Shown: positions 36,104 to 45,468 of the stretch, piece after piece
How the letters are laid out: each line of letters starts with the position of its first letter
Numbering within the stretch: position 1 is the stretch's first letter
Source of the DNA: an uncultured Candidatus Poseidoniales archaeon
GTDB lineage: Archaea > Thermoplasmatota > Poseidoniia > Poseidoniales > Thalassarchaeaceae
Assembly (NCBI GenBank): GCA_964556195.1
Contig: CAZKVK010000004.1
Location: 375 to 64,374 of the forward strand
Direction of reading: 5' to 3'
DNA: 64,000 nucleotides
Notes under the pieces: generated by a model
Database searches by the model: none
Told to the model about the DNA's origin: nothing
Seen by the model: only the letters and a program-made list of their open reading frames with translations
Program-made: the position numbers and the translations under genes

Positions 36104-36649
36104 ATGATGGAGGCACCGGTTGAGATGCCGTTGGCCGTCGATATGGATGGCACCCTTATTCTCACCGACATGAGTGTGATGAGCGCTAAGCGTGTGTTTC
36201 TTCGCAAACCTTGGACAATTTTCTCGACGATTTTTCTAGAATTGACTGGAAAAAGAGCAAAATGGAAGAAGAATCTTGCTCGACAACTCAAGTTTGACCC
36301 CGCTGAATTGCAGTACCACGAAGCATTTGTTGACTGGTTAACCGGCGAAAGTGCAAGAGGTCGAAAACTCATCTTAGCCACTGCATCAGACCGTTTAGTC
36401 GCCGAGATAATCGCAGCACATGTTGGTCTGTTTGACGATGTAATGGGCTCGGATGGAAACATCAACCTAAGGGATTACAAGAAGGCAGAGGCGTTGATTG
36501 CGAGATATGGGGAGAAAGGATTTGGATACGCAGGAAATAGCGTTCACGATATCCCTGTTTGGGATTATGCAGGACAAGTAATCATAGTAAATCCCGAGAG
36601 GGGTCTCTTGGACAGGGTCGGAGACTCAGCAGACCTTGTTTTTGAATGA
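36104..36649 (+). CDS. HAD-superfamily hydrolase (subfamily IB-like)
   Basis: The DxDxT motif is in LAVDMDGTLILTD, with later ILATAS and GNSVHDIPVW motifs. The start is placed at the ATG at 36104; the track ORF opens at 36047. Confidence 0.7.
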   Translation: MMEAPVEMPLAVDMDGTLILTDMSVMSAKRVFLRKPWTIFSTIFLELTGKRAKWKKNLARQLKFDPAELQYHEAFVDWLTGESARGRKLILATASDRLVAEIIAAHVGLFDDVMGSDGNINLRDYKKAEALIARYGEKGFGYAGNSVHDIPVWDYAGQVIIVNPERGLLDRVGDSADLVFE

Positions 36650-36656
36650 TTTTTCT
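36650..36656 (+). terminator. Oligo-T tract directly after the HAD gene stop
   Basis: The sequence TGA-TTTTTCT is seen. Archaeal transcription termination commonly uses T-runs. This is weak evidence. Confidence 0.3.
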
Positions 36657-36716
36657 GAACTAAATGCGAACCGTTGCCGCCGACGACCTTTAGCGCAGTA
36701 GACATTTGGTTTAGGC

Positions 36717-37607
36717 ATGGGAAGAACCCGCAGTGCGTTAGGGCGTAGAATTGACGCTCTTGCTCATTGGCTACTGCGGTGGCGACTTATTGCCACTCCA
36801 GCTAGATGGGTTGCGAATTCGCGGCTAGCATGGAGTTTCATCTCTCGTACTGACAGAATCAGAAGGAATCGGCTTCGTGAGAGAGTTATTTCCTCAGGCC
36901 CTGAAATGATGCCGAAGCACATCTCAATGATTATGGATGGTAATCGTAGATTTGCTTGGAATCGTTCGCTACAAACCGAAGCAGGACACTCTGCTGGAAA
37001 ACAGAAATTGAAGGAAGTTATGCGTTGGGTTCTCGACCTAGAAATTCCTTACCTAACTGTCTATGCATTATCGACCGAAAACCTATCTTCTCGCGACGAT
37101 GCAGAACTCGAGACTCTATTCGATCTGTATATTTCGGGCCTCGAAGAAATTTCTGAGGACCCATTGATTCATGATAACAATGTTCGAGTTCAGGTAGTAG
37201 GACGCAAAGAACTACTCCCAGATAGGGTTCGAGATGCAATCAAAAAAGCAGAAGATGCAACCTCGCAGTACAATGATTTCCTATTTACAGTCTGTCTTGC
37301 ATATGGTGGCAGAGAGGAAATTGTTGATGCAGTAAAGGAAATTGCCGAGGCACACGCTTCGGGGACGATTGAACTCGATTCAATCGACCCATCAACAATC
37401 TCTAATCGACTCTATACTGCGGATTTACCCGATCCAGATTTAGTAATCAGAACCTCGGGTGAGGAAAGGGTTTCGAATTTCCTTTTGTGGCAGATTGCTT
37501 ACTCAGAACTCTACTTCTCCGATGTACATTGGCCATCATTCGGTCGAAGAGATCTATACGAGGCGATTGAAGATTACCAAATGAGGAAGAGGCGCTATGG
37601 GAGCTGA
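36717..37607 (+). CDS. uppS: Undecaprenyl-diphosphate synthase-type cis-prenyltransferase
   Basis: Motifs include PKHISMIMDGNRRFA, LTVYALSTENLSSR, and DLVIRTSGEERVSNFLLWQIAYSELYF. Confidence 0.9.
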   Translation: MGRTRSALGRRIDALAHWLLRWRLIATPARWVANSRLAWSFISRTDRIRRNRLRERVISSGPEMMPKHISMIMDGNRRFAWNRSLQTEAGHSAGKQKLKEVMRWVLDLEIPYLTVYALSTENLSSRDDAELETLFDLYISGLEEISEDPLIHDNNVRVQVVGRKELLPDRVRDAIKKAEDATSQYNDFLFTVCLAYGGREEIVDAVKEIAEAHASGTIELDSIDPSTISNRLYTADLPDPDLVIRTSGEERVSNFLLWQIAYSELYFSDVHWPSFGRRDLYEAIEDYQMRKRRYGS

Positions 37608-38061
37608 ACCGAACCCCAAGCGTTGTCCTACATGTGGTAGAGATGGATATCATAGCCCGTCGGTTACCGTTGACGCTGTAGCGACACGGGAAACCGGAAA
37701 TGGGCTCGAATTACTAATGATAGAACGTGGTCCAGATCCCGCCGTATGGCAAGGAATGTGGGCATTTCCAGGAGGTTTTGTCGATTATGGGGAAAATCCA
37801 GAAGATGCAGTTCTGCGTGAATTACACGAAGAAACCGGTGTAGAAGGTCAAAACCCAAGAGTGTTGCATATTCTAGGTGCGCCTGGTAGAGATCCTCGAA
37901 AACACTGTGTAGGTCTTTTCTATCTCGTAGATCCAGACCTAGATACAGAACCGAAAGGGGCTGATGACGCAGTATCTGCTGCTTGGGTGCCAATCGATGA
38001 ACTGACCAAAGAGACTGTCGCCGCCGATCACTTGGATATCGTTGATTTACTAAGGGAATGA
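37597..38061 (+). CDS. NUDIX hydrolase
   Basis: It has an intact Nudix box, GGFVDYGENPEDAVLRELHEETGV. An N-terminal CPTC knuckle is present. It overlaps the uppS end by 11 nt. Confidence 0.85.
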   Translation: MGAEPNPKRCPTCGRDGYHSPSVTVDAVATRETGNGLELLMIERGPDPAVWQGMWAFPGGFVDYGENPEDAVLRELHEETGVEGQNPRVLHILGAPGRDPRKHCVGLFYLVDPDLDTEPKGADDAVSAAWVPIDELTKETVAADHLDIVDLLRE

Positions 38062-38087
38062 TGAGGCAATAACCCTATCATCCGAGT

Positions 38088-38480
38088 TTGACTGGTTTGT
38101 GCATGAGTGAGAAGCAACCAATCTATGCAGGCGTAAAACCTATGTTTCCATACAACCCATGTATGGTTGTTGGAGACGATATTTGGGTCGCTGGTCAAAT
38201 TGGAATTGACGGTGGCGATTCTATGGCTGAACAAGCCACTAGTGCCCTATCAAAAATCGAGGCACTGCTTGGCGAGGCAGGAGCAGATAAAGCAGATTTA
38301 GTTATGGTCATGGTGCTGCTAGAAGATATGGTTGAATTCGGCGAATTTAACGAAGTCTACGCGGCTTGGTTGGAAGGTACTGTTCTTCCTGCCCGTGCCG
38401 CTTATGGTGTGAAGGAATTACCAGCAGGGGCGAAGGTGGAGGTTGTTGCTCGGGCTGTACGTGGTTCGGGATCAAACTGA
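38088..38480 (+). CDS. ridA: RidA/YjgF/L-PSP family enamine/imine deaminase
   Basis: 130 aa. The segments VAGQIGID, DLVMVMVLLEDMVEFGEFNEVY, and PARAAYGVKELPAGAKVEV match the family pattern. Confidence 0.8.
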   Translation: MTGLCMSEKQPIYAGVKPMFPYNPCMVVGDDIWVAGQIGIDGGDSMAEQATSALSKIEALLGEAGADKADLVMVMVLLEDMVEFGEFNEVYAAWLEGTVLPARAAYGVKELPAGAKVEVVARAVRGSGSN

Positions 38481-38552
38481 GCCTTCAACATTCGATTATT
38501 CAGTTGCCCTAGCCACGATGGGATGATGAAGGCAAAGGGCTTCGTCTAAGCC

Positions 38553-39935
38553 ATGAGTGTCTTCAAGGCCTACGATATTCGTGGGCTTGCCGGTAGCCAA
38601 TTAGATGCCGAGTTTGCCCACAGGTTGGGGGCTGCATTAGTCACTCATCTCGATGCTAAATCTGTTGCAGTGGCTCGAGATATTCGTGAATCAGGCCCCG
38701 AATTACATGAGGCTTTTTTGCAAGGAATTACCGGAGCAGGGGCCGATGTTATCGACCTTGGAATTACTACAACAGGAGTGTTATATCGGGCCACTGTGGA
38801 CTTGTCAGTAGATGCAGCAGTGGCAATTACTGCTAGCCACAATCCTCCCGAGTATAACGGATTCAAAATTTGTCGTGGCACTTTGCCTATGGCTGGAAAA
38901 GAATTGCAGGAGCTGAAGGCTACTTTCGATTCAGGCGATTTCCGTCGTGGGTCTGGAACTATTACGGCGATGCCAGAGTTTGAGGAACAAGTATTGCAGA
39001 TCATCGCAGAAAATGCAGGAATGCCTCAACGTCCAATCCGAATCGCAATCGATTGTGGTAACGCTGTTCCAGGTCCATTGACAGTATCCCTAATGCAACG
39101 ACTTGGAGTTGCCCTAGTACCAATTCATTGTGAATGGGACAATACCTTCCCTAACCATCCTCCAGACCCAACACGTCAGAAGAATATGGCTGATTTATCC
39201 TCGGCCGTTGCCGAGAATAATTGTGAATTTGGAATCGGTATGGATGGAGATGGCGACAGAATAGGGGTGGTTGATGAGCAAGGTCGATTCATACATCCTG
39301 ATCGATTAATGGCGGTAATTGCGGCAGATGTTTTGGTTGACCGTCGCGATGGAACAGAGGCGGAGCGTACCGTTTTCTTCGATGTAAAGTGCAGTATGGC
39401 ACTAGAAGAAGCAATACTTGCCAGTGGTGGAGTGCCAAAGATGGTGCGTACCGGACACTCATTCATGAAGAGAGAATTGCGAAGTAATCCAGAAGCGGTG
39501 ATGGCTGGGGAAATGTCGGGTCACTTCTTCCTGCATGATAGATGGCCTGGATTCGATTGCTCACTATACAATGCTGCTCGTTTGTTGGAAATAGTTGGGC
39601 GCGACCCAGCACCAAATAATGGCGGAGTAAGTTTCTCTCAGAGATTCGCTAACCTCCCTGATTACCCTTCAACAGATGAGACAAAAATTCCCCTAGTTAG
39701 GGAAAGAGATGAAACCATGGCCGCTGTCGAAGGTGCTTTTGCAGATATGGAAAAATCGACGGTGGATGGAATCAGAGTTCGCTATCCAGACGGTTGGTAT
39801 CTTTGCAGGCCCTCGAATACAGAGCCTATTTTGGTTATGCGAGCAGAAGGTCGAGACGCTTCAGCATTGGCAGCAATCATCGAGGATGTAAATTCTCGAA
39901 TTGGGCATATGCTGGATTTGAGTAAACTTAGATGA
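38553..39935 (+). CDS. Phosphomannomutase/phosphoglucomutase (alpha-D-phosphohexomutase)
   Basis: It contains FKAYDIRG, the active-site loop TASHNPPEYNGFK, the metal loop GMDGDGDR, and the sugar loop GEMSGH. Confidence 0.9.
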   Translation: MSVFKAYDIRGLAGSQLDAEFAHRLGAALVTHLDAKSVAVARDIRESGPELHEAFLQGITGAGADVIDLGITTTGVLYRATVDLSVDAAVAITASHNPPEYNGFKICRGTLPMAGKELQELKATFDSGDFRRGSGTITAMPEFEEQVLQIIAENAGMPQRPIRIAIDCGNAVPGPLTVSLMQRLGVALVPIHCEWDNTFPNHPPDPTRQKNMADLSSAVAENNCEFGIGMDGDGDRIGVVDEQGRFIHPDRLMAVIAADVLVDRRDGTEAERTVFFDVKCSMALEEAILASGGVPKMVRTGHSFMKRELRSNPEAVMAGEMSGHFFLHDRWPGFDCSLYNAARLLEIVGRDPAPNNGGVSFSQRFANLPDYPSTDETKIPLVRERDETMAAVEGAFADMEKSTVDGIRVRYPDGWYLCRPSNTEPILVMRAEGRDASALAAIIEDVNSRIGHMLDLSKLR

Positions 39936-40475
39936 TTACTCCATTGCGCCATCGGCTAACATCAGCGGGATTGCCACGATTACTCCGCAAATCGCAAAGC
40001 AGAAAAGGTTGCAAATTCCAGATCCTACGCCAAATGCGGCGCCAAAACCTGTACCTGCAGTATCCATAGCATCTCCCGCAATTGTACCAGAAATAATACC
40101 GCCAATCCACGCAATCGCAAATGAGCCGAATATTATCCAAACTCCCATTTTCTTGTATTGAGTCATTTGGTATCCACCGAAGATAGCAATAGCTCCAGCG
40201 ATGACCGAAGATAGTATGGTCACTACAAAATATTCTGTTGGATAACTTATGGGATTTCCTTCAAAATCCGTCGCTCCAAAATTCGACAACAGGGCTAGTG
40301 GTGACCCAAGTAAATTGAACGCTCCCCAGATAATCACCAGTATTCCGATTACCTTTGCAGCAGCGTTCTTTTGAACCGGAAAATTAGGACCTGTGTCGAC
40401 AAAGACTGTACCTGTATCTATCATCGTTGGTTCTGTTGAGCCTTCTAGAGTGCCGGAGTTTGGTTCTTCTTCCAT
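39936..40475 (-). CDS. Hypothetical 4-TM membrane protein
   Basis: 179-aa ORF with four Gly/Ala/Ile-rich hydrophobic helices. I recognise no motif. Its stop abuts the stop of the convergent PMM gene. Confidence 0.5.
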   Translation of the reverse strand: MEEEPNSGTLEGSTEPTMIDTGTVFVDTGPNFPVQKNAAAKVIGILVIIWGAFNLLGSPLALLSNFGATDFEGNPISYPTEYFVVTILSSVIAGAIAIFGGYQMTQYKKMGVWIIFGSFAIAWIGGIISGTIAGDAMDTAGTGFGAAFGVGSGICNLFCFAICGVIVAIPLMLADGAME

Positions 40476-40523
40476 ATCTAACCCTAATCACTGTAGACGA
40501 ATTAGGGTTTTGGCGTCATTTCT

Positions 40524-41771
40524 CTAACGAAACTTTTCGGCAGAATGTTGCAGTGCTTCGATAACCGGCATTCGATCCCCGCAAAGCATCTGCAAACAGG
40601 CCCCTCCACCTGTGCTATTGTGTGATACTTTGTCGGCAACTCCTCGGGAGTTGACTAAGGCACTGGTGTGACCACCGCCTACAATTGTCATCGCCGCGGT
40701 TTCAGTACACATGTTGAGAATCTCAATAGTTCCAAATGCGAAGGCGGGCTTCTCAAAATAGCTAGCTGGCCCATTCCATAGAATGCAACCCGCTTGCATC
40801 AATATAGGCCGTAAATGCATCAAGGTCTCGACACCAATATCGTAAATTGGATGTGGGACTGGTAGCTCATCGATGCTTAACCCAACTCGTTCTTCGTCAA
40901 TTTCTACCGCAACGTCGTTAGGAACAAGTAGTAGATTTGAATGATTCTCAACTAGATTACTGGCCATCTCCCAAGCGATATCAAAATCGTCTCCTAGGGT
41001 GCCTCTGATGAATTCCATATTCCCTTCTCCAATGTCAATGCCTTGAACCCAGAGAACCATATTTCCAACCACACCGACAAAGGCAATTGTATCGACTACA
41101 CCTCGGTTGATTAGATTCTGAGCAACTCTGAATGAATCGTCCGCCTTAGCACCGCCGAGGATTGCAATGTATGGTCGAGGCGGATTGGTGACAGCGGTTT
41201 GTAGGGCGCTAATCTCTCGTTTCATCAGGCGGCCTGCAATGCAGGGCAAATCATGGGCAAAGCCCGTCAAAGTTGGAGAATTTCGATGTGCTGCGGCGAA
41301 TGCATCAGTAACGTAGGCATCAAATTCGGGAGCTAAATTCATGACGATTTGAGATAATCGTAACTCATCCAATTCTGCCTTCTTGAGAGAAATTTCCTCA
41401 TTATGCATTCTCACATTGTCCAAGCAGAGAATCTCCCCATTTTTCATACTTCGAATTGCTTCTATCGCTTCTTCACCGCAGACGTCGGGAATAAAACGAA
41501 TAGGTCGGCCAATAATTCTTCCAAGTCTTTCCGCATGACCAGAAAGATCGGTGAAATCATCTTTACCAGGCCTTGATTGATGGCCAAGAATCACAACCTT
41601 CGCTTCTGATAGGTCAGTTAGAGTAGGTAGAATCGCCCTAAGTCTTCCATCATCGAGGAAAGCACCAGTCTCTGGATGAAGGGGTGAATTGATGTCGACG
41701 CGATAGAGCACACGCTTACCGCTGAGGTGAATGTCGTCCAAAGATAGAACGTCTTTCACGATGGGAGCCAC
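40524..41771 (-). CDS. pgk: Phosphoglycerate kinase
   Basis: 415 aa. The segments RVDINSPL, ILGHQSRPG, AFAAAHR, ILGGAKADD, and STGGGACLQML fit archaeal PGK. The start codon is GTG. Confidence 0.9.
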   Translation of the reverse strand: MAPIVKDVLSLDDIHLSGKRVLYRVDINSPLHPETGAFLDDGRLRAILPTLTDLSEAKVVILGHQSRPGKDDFTDLSGHAERLGRIIGRPIRFIPDVCGEEAIEAIRSMKNGEILCLDNVRMHNEEISLKKAELDELRLSQIVMNLAPEFDAYVTDAFAAAHRNSPTLTGFAHDLPCIAGRLMKREISALQTAVTNPPRPYIAILGGAKADDSFRVAQNLINRGVVDTIAFVGVVGNMVLWVQGIDIGEGNMEFIRGTLGDDFDIAWEMASNLVENHSNLLLVPNDVAVEIDEERVGLSIDELPVPHPIYDIGVETLMHLRPILMQAGCILWNGPASYFEKPAFAFGTIEILNMCTETAAMTIVGGGHTSALVNSRGVADKVSHNSTGGGACLQMLCGDRMPVIEALQHSAEKFR

Positions 41772-41825
41772 CGGCAGGCGTCTTTTGATAATGATGGATA
41801 TAGGACGGGTCAGAACTCACCCCCA

Positions 41826-43115
41826 ATGCCTTTGTGTCTTTGCCGTAGTGGCGAGTTGATGGCGTGGGATGCGAAGCGACTTACCGGCCCCGATGGGGAA
41901 GACTGGAGAGTGCCGGTTACTGAGCTAGAAGAGCGTCGCAGTCGTTTATCATCAGCACTTGCAGAAGCAGGAATAGAGTCTGCCCTAATCGATGACCCTG
42001 TTGAACTCTATTGGTTGACTGGGGGTCGACAAAATGGAATGATACTCATCGGTGCCGAGGGTTCTGATGTACAGAATAGACATTGGGTGCGTAAATCACT
42101 GCAAAGAGCCCTACATGAATCTGGAGGAGATAATGCACCGGACCCAATCATTGCTCAACCAAGAATGAGGCAAATGACCGATGCATTGCGTTCACTTGGC
42201 GCAACCTCCGCCCCCGCAATGTTAGCTGGGAAAATGCCACATGACAGGTGGCAATACTTCTCACGAAAATTATCTGGGCTCGGTAAAATGCTGGACTCAA
42301 CCTACCTGATGTACGGTTTACGTGAAACAAAATCTGCTTGGGAGCTTGAGATGTTGCGAGAGAGTGGCATAATTAATCGAGAGATGTTCGAAGCGGTTCG
42401 AGAGATTGGAGGGGAAGGCCGTAGCGAACTAGAGATGGCTGCGGCTGCTGATGAAGTGAGTCGAGGAGCAGGATTTGGAGGTCGCATTCGGATGAGAAGA
42501 TGGCCTATGGATTGCGACCGAGTTGTAATCGCTGCAGGAAGATCGGGAGCAGTTCCATCATACTTCGATTCGGCTATTGGTGGGCTTGGGGCAAGTCCGA
42601 TCTCTTCACTAGGTGCCGGCCACGCGAAAGTCGTAGCCGGTGAGCCTGTAATCGTCGATATCGTTCACCTACACCGCGGATATGTCTCAGATTGTACACG
42701 AATGTTCTGCGCTGGTCGGCTCGACGAGGAATCGGTCGGAAGATTAGAAGACATGGCGGAAATTCGAGACTCGGTTGTTGCAAGCCTTGGAAGAGGAGAC
42801 GATTGTTCGGAGGCATGGAGAATTGGTAGTGGCATGGCTAATGAAATGGGATACTCCGAAAATCTGATGGGAATGCCTCCCGAACAAGCAGTATTCCTTG
42901 GCCATTCTGTAGGATTAGAACTCGATGAGACTCCCGTTATCGCCGACCGCTTTGACAGAGAACTTCCGGTTGGTGGAACTATGGCGGTTGAACCCAAGGT
43001 AATCTATGAATCGGGCGCCATAGGTACCGAGGACACCTATACCCGAACTTCAGATGGAATGGAATGCCTGACAATGGGTGATTCATGGGGTCTTCTCACG
43101 GAATGGGAGGAATAA
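41826..43115 (+). CDS. M24-family metallopeptidase (Xaa-Pro aminopeptidase/creatinase-like)
   Basis: The pita-bread fold motifs are DIVHLHRGYVSDCTRMF, GHSVGLELDETPVI, and MAVEPKV...GTEDT. An alternative start is the ATG at 41859. Confidence 0.8.
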   Translation: MPLCLCRSGELMAWDAKRLTGPDGEDWRVPVTELEERRSRLSSALAEAGIESALIDDPVELYWLTGGRQNGMILIGAEGSDVQNRHWVRKSLQRALHESGGDNAPDPIIAQPRMRQMTDALRSLGATSAPAMLAGKMPHDRWQYFSRKLSGLGKMLDSTYLMYGLRETKSAWELEMLRESGIINREMFEAVREIGGEGRSELEMAAAADEVSRGAGFGGRIRMRRWPMDCDRVVIAAGRSGAVPSYFDSAIGGLGASPISSLGAGHAKVVAGEPVIVDIVHLHRGYVSDCTRMFCAGRLDEESVGRLEDMAEIRDSVVASLGRGDDCSEAWRIGSGMANEMGYSENLMGMPPEQAVFLGHSVGLELDETPVIADRFDRELPVGGTMAVEPKVIYESGAIGTEDTYTRTSDGMECLTMGDSWGLLTEWEE

Positions 43116-43411
43116 TCGTGTCCCGCACTAAAGCGACTGCTCAGAAGCGACTTGCAAGATTACTACGTGGTAGAAAAGAGCCCCATGGTCTAGAGATAAC
43201 TGATTATTCGGTGTTGAAAGGGGTCGAAGTTGATGACGCTGGAATTGTCCAACTTTGGATTCAGCCAACTAGAGCACATTGTCCATGTTGTATCAACGAC
43301 CTGATGGAACTTCGCTCCGAAATTAATCAACAAAAGGGTGTATTGGCTTGTCACATCGAGATTGTAGGTGTGCCGCAAGCAGACAGGTGGACTGCTGCAA
43401 TCAATGAATAG
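43085..43411 (+). CDS. DUF59/MIP18-like small protein (putative Fe-S assembly-related)
   Basis: The pattern VEVDDAGIVQLWIQPTRAHCPCCINDLMELRSEINQQKGVLACHIEIV resembles DUF59. The start is uncertain because the track ORF overlaps the M24 gene by 31 nt; ATG 43103 is possible. Confidence 0.45.
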   Translation: MGSSHGMGGIIVSRTKATAQKRLARLLRGRKEPHGLEITDYSVLKGVEVDDAGIVQLWIQPTRAHCPCCINDLMELRSEINQQKGVLACHIEIVGVPQADRWTAAINE

Positions 43412-43415
43412 GATT

Positions 43416-43778
43416 TCAAATCCAGATATCATTGTCTGCTGTGAGCTCGCTATCGGCCTTACCGGTATTGACTACGCCGCGTGGCTCAACTAGCATGACT
43501 TTGCATTCAGATTCAGCATACGGTTTGTGTTCGACACCTTTGGGTACGACTAACATCTCACCCTCGTTTAGTTCGACCGTTTCATCTTCGAATTCTATTT
43601 TCATGCTACCTTCGATGACGAAGAATACCTCGTCAGTATCTGGATGATTATGCCAAACGAATTCACCCTGGATTTTTACTAATTTAAATTGATAATCATT
43701 TAATTCGGCGATAACCTTTGGCGACCAATGGTCGGAAAATTTGCCTAATTTTTCTTTCAAGTTGATTGTATCCATCAT
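43416..43778 (-). CDS. Cupin-domain protein
   Basis: 120 aa with the cupin motifs [16 protein letters not shown] and [14 protein letters not shown]. Confidence 0.8.
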   Translation of the reverse strand: MMDTINLKEKLGKFSDHWSPKVIAELNDYQFKLVKIQGEFVWHNHPDTDEVFFVIEGSMKIEFEDETVELNEGEMLVVPKGVEHKPYAESECKVMLVEPRGVVNTGKADSELTADNDIWI

Positions 43779-43936
43779 TCTTCACTCTCCTTATTGGTAT
43801 CACGCTTCCATCTTCGTGCCTTCCGCTCCTCTACCTCTGCTAGTTTTGCGCGAAGGCGCGTGTATAGAAACCAAACTGCGATTCCCACTCCTACCAAATT
43901 GAAGATTACAAGGAAAATTAACTCTTGGTCATCCAT
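43775..43936 (-). CDS. Unlisted 53-aa single-TM protein between ferredoxin and cupin genes
   Basis: Hand translation gives [53 protein letters not shown]. The ORF starts 10 nt after the ferredoxin stop. Its TGA overlaps the cupin ATG (ATGA at 43775-43778). It is below the ORF-track size cut-off. Confidence 0.4.
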   Translation of the reverse strand: MDDQELIFLVIFNLVGVGIAVWFLYTRLRAKLAEVEERKARRWKRDTNKESEE

Positions 43937-43945
43937 AAAATCACA

Positions 43946-44233
43946 TCACAAAGGCGGAATTACATCGATATCACAGGTTCCGATTGCTTGCATACAGCAT
44001 GACAGGACACCTCCATCTTCAACTAGGAATTCATCAAGACCTGGGGGTAATGGCTCTGGATAGTCGACTTCACCTCTCTTCAAACTAACTAAACATGTCC
44101 CGCAGTTGCCCGAAGTGCAGTTCGTAGGAATTTCAACTCCAGCCTTCTGAGCGACCTCGACCAAAGGTTCGTCTTCCTCAGCCTCTGCTACTCCGAGCAG
44201 AAGAGCACCACGGAAGAAACGGACTATCGCCAC
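43946..44233 (-). CDS. 2Fe-2S ferredoxin-like protein
   Basis: 95 aa. The pattern CTSGNCGTCLV ... CC fits plant/vertebrate-type [2Fe-2S] ferredoxin ligand spacing. Confidence 0.65.
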   Translation of the reverse strand: MAIVRFFRGALLLGVAEAEEDEPLVEVAQKAGVEIPTNCTSGNCGTCLVSLKRGEVDYPEPLPPGLDEFLVEDGGVLSCCMQAIGTCDIDVIPPL

Positions 44234-44276
44234 GGCACTCCGACTCGATTATTCGTCTTCAAATCGACCGGCGAAT

Positions 44277-45368
44277 TCAATCGTTGGCCCAGCGAGTCCA
44301 CTGTCCTGTCTGTTTGTTGAAGACAAGGCCAGCCTTCTTCATCCATTTGTTGAACTTTGTAGCACCAGCACCGGTAGCGAGGATGAAGTCCTCACGGTGT
44401 TCTTGAGCCTGGATGTAGCCCTTAGCGGCAAGGGTTTGATCAATCCATTCATCGATGCTCATTAAGCCGCCTGTTAAGTCGCTGGCCTCAACCGCTGCTG
44501 CCATCTCTTCGGCGGATGCTCCGGTTGCTTCCAAGTCCTTGATCATCAAATCCTTGATTGTATCAGCCGACTTCTTCTTCGGCTTTCGAACGACCTTTTC
44601 TCGAGGTTTCATCTTTGGGTCGATTTTGATTCTAGAGCCATTGTTTAGTTGCTCATCGACAAAATTTGCCATTGGGGCGTGGAATTCTACCTCACACTCC
44701 CAGCAAACAAAGGAAAAATCGCTTTGGTCTTCGATAACATTGCCTCCTCGAGGGTCCATTTCCTCGCCACATTCTGGGCAGGCATACATGCACAGTTTAG
44801 GGGCGAGTTTTCGGCGAAAATCAACTATGTCTTGAGGAGTTCCAACCAATTCGAGCATCTCGTGATCTCGAGCAGCTTCTAGGCCACGAGTCTCAAGTTG
44901 GTCGCGTAGTTTGGTGCGCTGCTCGCGCTTAGATTCATCATCGAAGGAATTCTCTAACTTGACAATGAGTTCGATGGTCTTACCGAGGCGGTTCATTACC
45001 AATTTTTTGGAGCGGAAAGCCTCGACCTTTGCTACTCGCAATTCCTCTTTCTTTTCGTTGAGCTCGGCAACGATATCCTTCTGCTCGCGCTTGAAGCGTT
45101 GCTCCTCAATTTTGTCGACCTGCTTTTTCTTGTCCTTGGAAAGTACATCCGCTAGGTAGCGTTGCTTAGCAGCAGTTCTAGGTCCAGATTTTACAGCCTC
45201 AAGGACCGATTTTGCAATCTCCTTCTTGAGGCCATAATTATTACGAAGTTTATCTTCATCGAGTTTCTTCAAATCACCGACTTTTATCCCCGAGTCAGCG
45301 AGGAGTTGGGCGGTATTCTCATCAATTCCTCTACGTAATAGCGCGAGATAAGTATCCTTCTTGGCCAT
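44277..45368 (-). CDS. Hypothetical Lys/Glu-rich protein with an N-terminal helix-hairpin-helix-like region, a coiled coil and a central zinc ribbon
   Basis: 363 aa. It contains LLADSGIKVGDLKKLDEDKL, a long charged helical segment, and the four-Cys ribbon CPECGEEM...CWECEVEF. I recognise no family. Confidence 0.55.
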   Translation of the reverse strand: MAKKDTYLALLRRGIDENTAQLLADSGIKVGDLKKLDEDKLRNNYGLKKEIAKSVLEAVKSGPRTAAKQRYLADVLSKDKKKQVDKIEEQRFKREQKDIVAELNEKKEELRVAKVEAFRSKKLVMNRLGKTIELIVKLENSFDDESKREQRTKLRDQLETRGLEAARDHEMLELVGTPQDIVDFRRKLAPKLCMYACPECGEEMDPRGGNVIEDQSDFSFVCWECEVEFHAPMANFVDEQLNNGSRIKIDPKMKPREKVVRKPKKKSADTIKDLMIKDLEATGASAEEMAAAVEASDLTGGLMSIDEWIDQTLAAKGYIQAQEHREDFILATGAGATKFNKWMKKAGLVFNKQTGQWTRWAND

Positions 45369-45468
45369 GTAACCAACTCCCTTCCCAGCGAGGCCTCCAC
45401 ACGCTTCGCTGCTATCGCCGAATCAACTGTGGGCTTTGAAGGCGTGGTTCTCGGGTTCTCAATACAGC

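Noticed and set aside
35962-36465. N-terminal 168 codons of the 576-aa minus-strand ORF.
   Set aside because: They overlap the HAD hydrolase gene on the other strand and translate to low-complexity sequence. An internal ATG gives a sensible protein.
43794-44063. 89-aa plus-strand ORF.
   Set aside because: It is Arg/Ser-rich and overlaps the ferredoxin gene and the tightly coupled 53-aa minus-strand ORF, which explain the region better.
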